Of a stretch of DNA of 41,156 nucleotides, positions 34,273 to 41,156 are shown piece by piece. The stretch is taken from IMG/VR virus record IMGVR_UViG_3300010429_001127; one strand, 5' to 3'. This stretch comes from a virus. The stretch's first letter is position 1. Each line of letters begins with the position of its first letter. The position numbers and the translations under genes are program-made. Under the pieces are notes generated by a model, which saw only the letters and a list, made by a program, of their open reading frames with translations, ran no database searches and was not told where the DNA came from.

Positions 34273-35069
34273 CACGCACCCCCGAAAGTCCGCTGGATAT
34301 ACTTCTCGACGATCTCCCTGGTGACTGCCGACTGCGTGCCGAGTGCCCGGAGGCTGTCGATCAGGCAGGCGCGGGCGGTCAGGAAGTCGGTCGCCGTGGC
34401 CTCGATCCTGAGGTTCTCGTAGTTGTTGAGGTTGACCGTGGCGGAGAGGGTGATCTCCTTGACGGTACCGGTTGCCGCAGGGGACGTGCAAGGCTCTTGC
34501 GGTGCCGGCTGTTCTTCTTTCTTGAGTTCCGCCGCAGTCTTCAGGACCGGCGCCGGATCCTGTTTCTGCGTCTCGATCCTCTCAATGCCGGCTGCTGCCA
34601 ATCCGTCTCCCCGGCGGTCATCCAGCAGGCCGAGCCGGACCATATCACCGGGCTTAATCGGGCAGTCCGGGGCATTCAGGTACTTCAGGAGCAGGTCAGA
34701 ACCGCAGCTATAGGTATTCTTGGAGCCATCAACCTTCAGGACGACATTCTTACCGGGGGTCCCGACGAACTCCCCTGTCACATACTTCGCGTTCTCCGGC
34801 TCCTTTGCAGGGGCCGGGGGCTGGCCGGGAACCTGGCTCTTTGCCCTTGCCTCATCTGCCTCGGCCTGCGCGATCTCTGCCTTTGAAGGGGCGACCATGC
34901 TCCTGGCAGTACCCTTCTCGACTGTTACCTTCGCGAATGATCCGGGAGGGAAGTTCTTCTGTGCCGGTACCCGGTCCTCCGGGGGAACGAAGATGATCTT
35001 CCCGCCGACAATGACGTTTGAGGGGTCGTACTCGCTGACCCGGCCTACGATCGTTGCCATGGCGGTCAA
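34272..35069 (-). CDS. Hypothetical protein, possibly tandem OB-fold
   Basis: Two beta-rich segments separated by Pro/Ala linkers. Confidence 0.55.
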   Translation of the reverse strand: MTAMATIVGRVSEYDPSNVIVGGKIIFVPPEDRVPAQKNFPPGSFAKVTVEKGTARSMVAPSKAEIAQAEADEARAKSQVPGQPPAPAKEPENAKYVTGEFVGTPGKNVVLKVDGSKNTYSCGSDLLLKYLNAPDCPIKPGDMVRLGLLDDRRGDGLAAAGIERIETQKQDPAPVLKTAAELKKEEQPAPQEPCTSPAATGTVKEITLSATVNLNNYENLRIEATATDFLTARACLIDSLRALGTQSAVTREIVEKYIQRTFGGA

Positions 35070-35566
35070 GCCTCCTCTTTCGCGAGGAGGACGTAATCGG
35101 TGCGGACCGGGTCAGCTGGCGCATGAATGATCCGGTCGAGGTCCTTCTTTCCCTTGATGATCGCCTTCACGTCGGACTGCGCGATGAACGTCCCGGCCTT
35201 CTCCAGCTGTGCCTTCATCTTCTCTTCGGCTGCTGCTTTCAGGTTCTCGCGGATCCGGGTGAGCTGGTCCGGGTAATGCTGCTCGAGGATGGCGATATCA
35301 ACCGTCTTGTTGCCATAGACCGGTGTCGGGACGATCCGGTAAAAGTCATCCTCCAGGATGCACGTCTCAACGGCATGTTGCAGCAGTCCCTCGCGGTCCT
35401 CCGTGAGCTTCTGCTGCTTCTCCCGTAAGATCGTGATCTGGTTCTCCAGGTCCTCTATCTGACCGTCGATGAAATGAATCTGCGTCGGGATGGTTCGGTC
35501 CTCCTTAACGACCAGCGTCGGGAGGGGGTCGGTCTTGAGGCTCGCGGCCTCGTCTCGTGCTTCCAT
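35066..35566 (-). CDS. Hypothetical coiled-coil protein
   Basis: 166 aa, N-terminal coiled coil; Gam/Gp157-like position only. Confidence 0.6.
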   Translation of the reverse strand: MEARDEAASLKTDPLPTLVVKEDRTIPTQIHFIDGQIEDLENQITILREKQQKLTEDREGLLQHAVETCILEDDFYRIVPTPVYGNKTVDIAILEQHYPDQLTRIRENLKAAAEEKMKAQLEKAGTFIAQSDVKAIIKGKKDLDRIIHAPADPVRTDYVLLAKEEA

Positions 35567-35569
35567 CGC

Positions 35570-36055
35570 CTACACCCCCTCGGCGAGGACCTGAATCTGG
35601 AGGAGCATGTCGTCGATGGTGCCCCGGCCATCGCCCCTCCGGATCCGGACCCGGGCCTCTTCCGCGATCGCGGCGATCTTCTGCATGGGCGGCTCAACGT
35701 ATGGCACCTCGACGATGTCCATGCCATGGAACCTGAAGGTCGCGAGCGGCTCGTCCTGACGGTCCACCGTGGCGGCCGCCTGTGTGATCTTCTGCAGGTC
35801 CTCCGCGTCGACCACCTTGCCGGCCTTATAGACAACCTTCGGGTCCTCCACCCATATCGGGCCGAACCCGCAGTCACGGCACCAGAATGCCCACCCTTCG
35901 CAGGGATCGTGGCTGCCGTACACGAGCTGCCCGCCACATTCCGGGCATACCTTGATTTCATCGGACGATTCAGAATAGCTGGCAGTTCCCTTTCCCTCGT
36001 TTGAAGGCGCTGGAATCGGGCTGCCATTTTCAGATTTTGCTGTTACCTGATTCAT
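35570..36055 (-). CDS. Zinc-ribbon protein
   Basis: Likely start ATG 36055; CPECGG...WCRDCGF. Confidence 0.6.
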   Translation of the reverse strand: MNQVTAKSENGSPIPAPSNEGKGTASYSESSDEIKVCPECGGQLVYGSHDPCEGWAFWCRDCGFGPIWVEDPKVVYKAGKVVDAEDLQKITQAAATVDRQDEPLATFRFHGMDIVEVPYVEPPMQKIAAIAEEARVRIRRGDGRGTIDDMLLQIQVLAEGV

Positions 36056-36197
36056 GTGCCACACTTCCGATCTTTTCGACGATCTTAATCCTGCCGCTCT
36101 CCATGACGAGAAGCGCACCGAGCGGGTCCTCCTGCGCGAAGATATCGAAGGCTTCACGGCTGACCTGTCTCGGGTACTGGGCTGCTGCAGAGGTCAT
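36030..36197 (-). CDS. Small hypothetical protein (55 aa)
   Basis: Not in ORF track; MTSAAAQYPRQVSREAFDIF... Confidence 0.5.
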   Translation of the reverse strand: MTSAAAQYPRQVSREAFDIFAQEDPLGALLVMESGRIKIVEKIGSVAHESGNSKI

Positions 36198-36203
36198 GCG
36201 CGA

Positions 36204-36578
36204 TCAGGCCCCCTCGCAGACCTTGGTTTCTGAGCTGACGATAGTCTTTGTACGATCCATCAACCCTTCTCGTGCCGCGAGCGATCGGACGCCCTCATTT
36301 ACGAAGTCATCATCGTCATATCCCTTCTCGCGGAGCGCGGCCTCCTCATCCCACAGGCCCGGTTTAAGCTCGCCGGTTATCAGGTGACAGTTGGGGTACA
36401 ACCCCTCCTGTTTCGCAATGAACTCCACCCCGGCATTAGCAATGGGGACCTTCGAAAGCTTCTTGCCCTCTGAGATCCACTTCGCCAGAATCTTCCCAAG
36501 GAGATCGTCGTGGAATGGGTCCATACGGGCGCCGATGAAATCGGTTGTCCGCTCATCCAGTGGTGTCTTGTTTCCCAT
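36204..36578 (-). CDS. First gene of the early operon, hypothetical
   Basis: 124 aa directly after the AT-rich divergent promoter region. Confidence 0.65.
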   Translation of the reverse strand: MGNKTPLDERTTDFIGARMDPFHDDLLGKILAKWISEGKKLSKVPIANAGVEFIAKQEGLYPNCHLITGELKPGLWDEEAALREKGYDDDDFVNEGVRSLAAREGLMDRTKTIVSSETKVCEGA

Positions 36579-36709
36579 TGTTTACCACAATTAAACAATG
36601 TGCACAACTTGTTTAAAAAACTTTCTATCAACGTTCACTATTCGTAAACAAATATAAATTCGGTAATTTTGATATACTCAAGCACTCATTTGTTAACCGG
36701 TGTGGCACA
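36576..36709. promoter_or_regulatory. Divergent promoter / operator region (lysis-lysogeny switch candidate)
   Basis: AT-rich; perfect IR CATTGTTTA-7-TAAACAATG; TATA-like TTTTTTAAA (minus, 36612-36620) and TATAAA (plus, 36653-36658). Confidence 0.7.
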
Positions 36710-36973
36710 ATGGGGACTGAACCGCTTATCCCTCATGGTTTTAAAATACCGAAATCGAAAAGTGATAAGATCGTTTCGTATGCAAAAGAGCGAGACGTGA
36801 AGATCTCGGTTATCCTGAACGAAGCTGTGACTGAATATATCAACCGCCGGGAGCATCCGGAGCGCCAGATTGAGATGATCCAGCATGTCCTCCTCACTCA
36901 TCCGGAACTTCTTGACGAGCCTCTACGTCGTTACAACGCTTGGAATTTATCAGGGCGGACCTCGAACCAATAA
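36710..36973 (+). CDS. Ribbon-helix-helix repressor candidate
   Basis: HGFKIPKSKSDKIVSYAKERDVKISVILNEAVTEYI fits the RHH pattern; divergent from the early operon. Confidence 0.75.
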   Translation: MGTEPLIPHGFKIPKSKSDKIVSYAKERDVKISVILNEAVTEYINRREHPERQIEMIQHVLLTHPELLDEPLRRYNAWNLSGRTSNQ

Positions 36974-37154
36974 GATTAATGATTTTTTCATTTTCAAGTG
37001 CCTTTTTTATCAGCCCATAAAAATTGTCCACAAAGTGGTCACCCGCTCCTGCAGTATCCATACAAACGCATGGCAGATATTAAGGACAGAGCATAGCGGG
37101 GGATGAAAGTGATAACCTAAAGGTTGTATGAATGTTAACCAGATCGAATAAACT

Positions 37155-38372
37155 CTATTTAGGCTTTCCTACCTTCTCCCGGATCACGTCGTCCCGGACA
37201 GTCTTCAGCGTCTCGATATCCCGCAGGGCCTCAAGGGAGAGCGGCCTGCTGCAGCGCGAACAGAACCCGGACCCTGCAGCATTCTGGAACCCGCACCGCG
37301 GGCACTTGACCGGCTTCAGTGGGTCGGCCGGCTGATCTTCCGGGTTCAGGTCCACCCCCTCGATCTGCAGGATCTTGTTGTCGATATCCCGGCCGGACAG
37401 GTGCACGTAGACTGCTGCCATGCCGGACCGCTCGCTCCACCCGGCATACTTCCGGAGCTCCGATTCAGTGAGTTGCTTGCCTCGCTGGGTCAGTCTGCCG
37501 TGCCGGAAGGCATGGGGGTTCGTCTTCTTCTGCACCCCCGCAAGGTCCCGCAGGCGCTTGAAGAGGTTCTGGACGGTACGTTCATCTAGGCGTGAGTAGG
37601 TTGTGGTCCCCCGTTTCCGCGAGGTGACGAAAAGGGGAACGTCGGCGTCATGCTTCAGCGGATGGAACTTATCGATCCAAGTCTGGAGATCCGGGGCGGC
37701 GCTCACGATCCGGATCTGCCGCTGGCCGGTCTTGCCGGTGACGGTCAGGACCGCACCGTACTGGTCAAACTTGACATGCCCGACATTACAGCCCAGGAGC
37801 TCGTTCAGCCGGGCGGCGCTGTCCCAGTACGTGGCAACGATCGCACGGTCCCGCTGGGTCTCGCAGACATCCAGGAGCTTTGCCACGTTCCCGGCCTGCA
37901 GGACCTTCTCGGGCGGGATCTCGTGCCGGGGCCTCGCTGGCTTGAAGGCGACGATCTTCTTCTCCGGCAGGAGCCAGCGATAGAAAAGTTCCAGCTCCTG
38001 GACATCATGGAACGCGGTGACCGGGGATTTTGTCTTCTTCCGGTGCAGGAAATAGTCCTCGATATCGTGCGGCTGCACGGCCTTCGCGTCCTGGAATTTA
38101 TACCAGATCAGGAACGTATAGATTTTCCAGAGCTTGTTCTGGATTGTCAGTGCGCTCAGGTTCCGGAGCTCCAGCGATCGCAGGTAGCCCGATAAATATT
38201 CACGATTTTTATAATCAAGGTTTTTGAATTTGTGCCACACTTCCATGATCTTTTGTTGGTGCAGGCCGTATATTACGCCATTGTCCTGTACAAGGTTGAG
38301 GGCCTTCGACGAATGACTGGCACAATATCGTGGCGCAAGTGCAGATGGGCGAGGGTTGCCAAGACAGGTCAA
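37155..38372 (-). CDS. int: Tyrosine integrase with C-terminal zinc ribbon (start uncertain: TTG 38372 or ATG 38247)
   Basis: WDSAARLNE (R), HAFRH (HxxR), VYVHL (Y), CPRC...CSRC. Confidence 0.95.
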   Translation of the reverse strand: MTCLGNPRPSALAPRYCASHSSKALNLVQDNGVIYGLHQQKIMEVWHKFKNLDYKNREYLSGYLRSLELRNLSALTIQNKLWKIYTFLIWYKFQDAKAVQPHDIEDYFLHRKKTKSPVTAFHDVQELELFYRWLLPEKKIVAFKPARPRHEIPPEKVLQAGNVAKLLDVCETQRDRAIVATYWDSAARLNELLGCNVGHVKFDQYGAVLTVTGKTGQRQIRIVSAAPDLQTWIDKFHPLKHDADVPLFVTSRKRGTTTYSRLDERTVQNLFKRLRDLAGVQKKTNPHAFRHGRLTQRGKQLTESELRKYAGWSERSGMAAVYVHLSGRDIDNKILQIEGVDLNPEDQPADPLKPVKCPRCGFQNAAGSGFCSRCSRPLSLEALRDIETLKTVRDDVIREKVGKPK

Positions 38373-38433
38373 AGGCGTCAGGTTGAGGGCCTGATCTCGT
38401 AGGAGTTCGAGGGTTCAAATCCCTTCCCTCGCA
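38349..38433 (+). tRNA. tRNA-Leu(GAG), 85 nt; probable integration target / att region
   Basis: Acceptor GCGAGGG/CCCTCGC+A, anticodon stem TCAGG/CCTGA with loop TTGAGGG, long variable arm, T-loop TTCAAAT. Confidence 0.9.
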
Positions 38434-38512
38434 TACTCATTTTTGATAATCTATATCTCCATTTCTGGGTAAGGTTTATATTCCGAGAGGTTTTAGGTTA
38501 ACCTAACAAATC

Positions 38513-38653
38513 ATGACCCGCTTCCATATCCGGGCCCGCGTCCGGAAAGCCCGGAAGGAGATTGACGAGAAAGCGCAGGCCGTCCTCTCCCATTACCCCG
38601 TGGCGGATCCCGGGGACCGGCGCCGGGCCGGTATGTGCATGTGCGTGCGGTAG
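38513..38653 (+). CDS. Small basic protein (46 aa), possible recombination-directionality or regulatory factor
   Basis: Not in ORF track; TTTATATT at 38475-38482 upstream; MTRFHIRARVRKARKEIDEKAQAVL... Confidence 0.4.
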   Translation: MTRFHIRARVRKARKEIDEKAQAVLSHYPVADPGDRRRAGMCMCVR

Positions 38654-38667
38654 GGCTGCCGGCTCTC

Positions 38668-38994
38668 TTATTTTAACTCCATTCTCTCATCGATGGAGAT
38701 CAGCGAGTCGTTGATCTTAAAGACCACCACGACGAACTCACAGAGCAGCCTCCAAAGAAGGTTGCCAAGGAATATTACCCCCAGACCCGCGATATATGCC
38801 TCCTGAGCAGTTTTGTATGACCAGGGAGAGGTCCGTCCCCAAACACAAATAGAGATGCCGGCAAGTAGCAGGACGACGACCCCGAGGATGTAGACGATGC
38901 AGATCGTATATCTCGTTATGAATTCATCGAAGGTGAAGAAGTCCTCAATGGATTTCATTATCGGTTTCATGCGTTCGTAATCACCGCCTGCCAT
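38668..38994 (-). CDS. DUF4282-like two-TM membrane protein
   Basis: FFTFDEFIT...VYILG...LWRLLCEFVVVVFKINDSL pattern. Confidence 0.75.
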   Translation of the reverse strand: MAGGDYERMKPIMKSIEDFFTFDEFITRYTICIVYILGVVVLLLAGISICVWGRTSPWSYKTAQEAYIAGLGVIFLGNLLWRLLCEFVVVVFKINDSLISIDERMELK

Positions 38995-39491
38995 CCATAA
39001 CAGCCACTGGAGACGATCTTATACTGCCCCGGGGTGATGATGTTAAATGTCACTTTATTGGAATTCTTCCGGGTGGTTGCCAGGCCGCTCAATAACGTGA
39101 AGTCGATTGACTTCCCGGTGAGGGTAACCCGATAAGGGGCGGCGGAGCACCCGGTCACGGACGGCGTGAGCGAGTTCCCGTATGCCGCATCTATTATGAT
39201 CTTCCCTGGAGCAACGACCGTAAAGGATCCCGATGACGGGCCGGTTCCTTTTAGTGTCACGGTCTCCGCCAGCGGCTTGCTCGGCGCTGCGGTTGGTGCG
39301 GTTGCCGTCGGTGCCGGGGCTGTCGTCCGGGCGGTCGTGAGGACCGACGTCGTAGCCGGCACGGTGGTCCCGGGCGTCGCTGCTGTGAAGGAGGTTTGAG
39401 GAGGAGTTGCTGCAGGGAGCTGCGAGGCGGCAATGCAGCCGGCAGCGGCTACGATCAGGATTACGGCGCAAAAAAGAAGTCCCTTGTGCAT
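38967..39491 (-). CDS. Predicted lipoprotein, allele B
   Basis: Likely start ATG 39491: MHKGLLFCAVILIVAAAGCIAASQ; lipobox AGC; Thr-rich linker; C-terminal beta domain. Confidence 0.85.
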   Translation of the reverse strand: MHKGLLFCAVILIVAAAGCIAASQLPAATPPQTSFTAATPGTTVPATTSVLTTARTTAPAPTATAPTAAPSKPLAETVTLKGTGPSSGSFTVVAPGKIIIDAAYGNSLTPSVTGCSAAPYRVTLTGKSIDFTLLSGLATTRKNSNKVTFNIITPGQYKIVSSGCYGWQAVITNA

Positions 39492-39529
39492 AATCTCTTT
39501 TAAACTATCGCGGGAAATAAAGATATTCC

Positions 39530-40603
39530 TTAGCCGGTCGGTCCGTCGAACACCAATGGCCACGTCGCCCCATCTGTAGTATTGAAGACATCATAGAGAA
39601 GCGAGCCGCCGGTGTTGATGCCGGAGATCACCCAGAGCTTGCTGTCGTAAACGAATGATGAGTGCCCCCATCTCGCGGAGAACGCGGCGGAAGCGGTCGC
39701 CTGCGTCCATACCCCGCTGTCCAGATAGTAGACGTCATTATACGTCGCGCCTGCAGCGCCCCGGCCCCCGATCACCCAAAGTTTGCTGTCGTAGACTGTC
39801 GCGGTGTGCATCATCCTTGCGGAGAACAGGGCGGATGCTGTGATCTCCGTCCACGTCTGCCCGGTATCAGAGTACCACACGTCGTTATAGAAATTCGTGG
39901 CGTTATCCGTTCCGCCGATGATCCATATCCCCCCGGCATGGGAGGTCATGGTATGCCGCTGCCGGGTCGCATACGCCGCGTTCGTGGTCTCGGTATCCCA
40001 CGTTATGCCGTCGGCTGAACTGTAGACCCTCTTATCGACGGAAATATACATCTTCCCGTTGTGGACACAGCCGGCGCAGCCCCAGCCGGAGAACGGGGCG
40101 GAACTGTTGACGAGTTGCCACGTGGTCCCGTTCGCTGACTTGTAGACTGTTGAGGTCCCACCCCCCGCGAGGACCCAGATGTAACCGCCAAATGAAAGGA
40201 CGACGTGCCCGAACCGTTCGGAAAATGCGGCGTTCCGCATCTTCATGGTCCATTCCGTAGCGGTCAGGGTGTTCCAGATATCGTTCGATCCGCTGAAATC
40301 ATGCCCGCCGATCCGCCAGATTTTGTCGTCATGGACCATGAAGGAGCGGTAGACCCCGCCCCACGGGGAGAAGTAGGATATGGCATCCGTAGGAATGGCG
40401 ATCTTTTTGCCTCCCGCTGCCGGGAAGATCGCAACTTTATCCCCCACGGAGATCTGCGAGAGCTTGACGGCGACCCGCCTGCCGCCGGCTGTGGGGACGA
40501 TTGCGACCCTGTCCCCGGCAGCCACCGGGGAGAGCGGGATGCTGACCCGCTTGCCGCCTGCCGCCCGGAAGGTCATCACCTTATCGCCCGGCGAGATTGT
40601 CAT
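39530..40603 (-). CDS. Kelch beta-propeller protein, allele B
   Basis: About 80% identical to 386-1456 by manual comparison. Confidence 0.85.
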   Translation of the reverse strand: MTISPGDKVMTFRAAGGKRVSIPLSPVAAGDRVAIVPTAGGRRVAVKLSQISVGDKVAIFPAAGGKKIAIPTDAISYFSPWGGVYRSFMVHDDKIWRIGGHDFSGSNDIWNTLTATEWTMKMRNAAFSERFGHVVLSFGGYIWVLAGGGTSTVYKSANGTTWQLVNSSAPFSGWGCAGCVHNGKMYISVDKRVYSSADGITWDTETTNAAYATRQRHTMTSHAGGIWIIGGTDNATNFYNDVWYSDTGQTWTEITASALFSARMMHTATVYDSKLWVIGGRGAAGATYNDVYYLDSGVWTQATASAAFSARWGHSSFVYDSKLWVISGINTGGSLLYDVFNTTDGATWPLVFDGPTG

Positions 40604-41156
40604 GAGGCATCCCGGGAGAGGCTCGTGAGGCCCTGCTCGAGAGTCGCAGTCACCTCGTCGTCGGTCACGTCCGTGACAGTCCCGATCTCGACCTCCGGCT
40701 CGCCGTTCTTTATATCCCGGATCACCGCCCGCATCCGGGAGATATGCTCGGTGAATGTCCGTTTGAGCTGGAGATACGCCCGGAACTGTGAGTCCGGGAT
40801 CACGGTCACCTGCGTGCGGTTGACGGTGCCCGCTCGGTCGTAGACGTACCGGATATCGACGATCCGGTAATCCCCGGATGTGATCTGCGTGAAGCCCGAG
40901 AACGCGAGCAGTTGCAGCTTCCGGAGGTCGGACCGGGCCCGCAGGGTTACGTCGTATTTCAGGATCGGGGTGCAGTAGTAGTCGTAGAGGTCATCCGCCC
41001 GGTCGTCCGCGTCATCCTGTGAGGAGATATCCTCATTGATCTCCTTGTAGGTCCGGGGGGTCTTCCCATTAGTGATCTCGCTCGTCTCCTTGACCGACCT
41101 GTACCATTCAGATTTGGCAAGCGCCTTGCACTTGACAATGATCCGGTTGAAGTTCT
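40600..41156 (-). CDS. Baseplate hub / Tal-like protein, C-terminal part, allele B (truncated by the window end)
   Basis: Near-identical to 1453-2012 with substitutions and one 3-bp indel. Confidence 0.9.
   Translation of the reverse strand, partial: NFNRIIVKCKALAKSEWYRSVKETSEITNGKTPRTYKEINEDISSQDDADDRADDLYDYYCTPILKYDVTLRARSDLRKLQLLAFSGFTQITSGDYRIVDIRYVYDRAGTVNRTQVTVIPDSQFRAYLQLKRTFTEHISRMRAVIRDIKNGEPEVEIGTVTDVTDDEVTATLEQGLTSLSRDAS

Larger units (their letters stand above)
1..41156. mobile_element. Temperate head-tailed archaeal virus/provirus (siphovirus-type), about 39.14 kb unit plus about 2 kb of a second variant copy
   Basis: Terminase, portal, capsid, tail tube, tape measure, integrase beside a tRNA; no sheath gene seen; end regions homologous with an offset of 39144-39147 bp. 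Confidence 0.95.
39256..41156. repeat. Imperfect long direct repeat, copy B
   Basis: Colinear with 114-2012; last 127 bp identical to 1886-2012. Confidence 0.95.

Noticed and set aside
1-41156. Many long plus-strand ORFs in the track (e.g. 1597-2379, 5258-6388, 6719-7645, 10518-11696, 11608-12597, 24331-25407, 31589-32650)
   Set aside because: They are antisense shadows of well-supported minus-strand genes in GC-rich DNA, with no recognisable motifs.
39256-41156. Headful-packaging terminal redundancy or a simple circular overlap
   Set aside because: Those give identical copies; here only the last 127 bp and short blocks are identical.
39256-41156. Invertible shufflon of tail genes
   Set aside because: The copies are in direct orientation one genome length apart; no inverted repeats or dedicated invertase seen.
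1-41156. CRISPR array, rRNA or IS element
   Set aside because: No regularly spaced repeats, rRNA-like sequence or transposase motifs found.

Overview
The whole window is one head-tailed (siphovirus-type, HK97-fold) temperate archaeal virus or provirus. The host is most likely a Methanomicrobiales methanogen, inferred from the archaeal tRNA-Leu(GAG), PCNA genes, PKD-rich secreted proteins and lipobox proteins. Almost all genes are on the minus strand. In transcription order they are: early/regulatory genes (two PCNA paralogues, BRO antirepressor, ParB-like protein, HNH-like protein, large Cys-rich DNA methyltransferase), a membrane/secreted cassette in the position lambda uses for lysis genes, terminase-portal-capsid, neck, tail (with a -1 frameshift chaperone pair), and a Kelch-propeller tail-tip protein followed by a lipoprotein. 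A tyrosine integrase, a full-length tRNA-Leu and a divergently transcribed RHH repressor sit at 36.6-38.7 kb. The unit length is about 39.14 kb. The ends (about 114-2012 and 39256-41156) are two diverged versions of the same cassette (tail-hub C-terminus, Kelch protein, lipoprotein) that converge on exactly 127 identical bases. This indicates either two co-existing host-range alleles joined by the assembler or two related proviruses in tandem. The best candidates for new biology are the co-varying Kelch receptor-binding protein / lipoprotein pair, the putative S-layer-host lysis/surface cassette, the dual PCNA system and a recurrent Cys4 module. All protein calls come from motif recognition by eye; no database searches were run.
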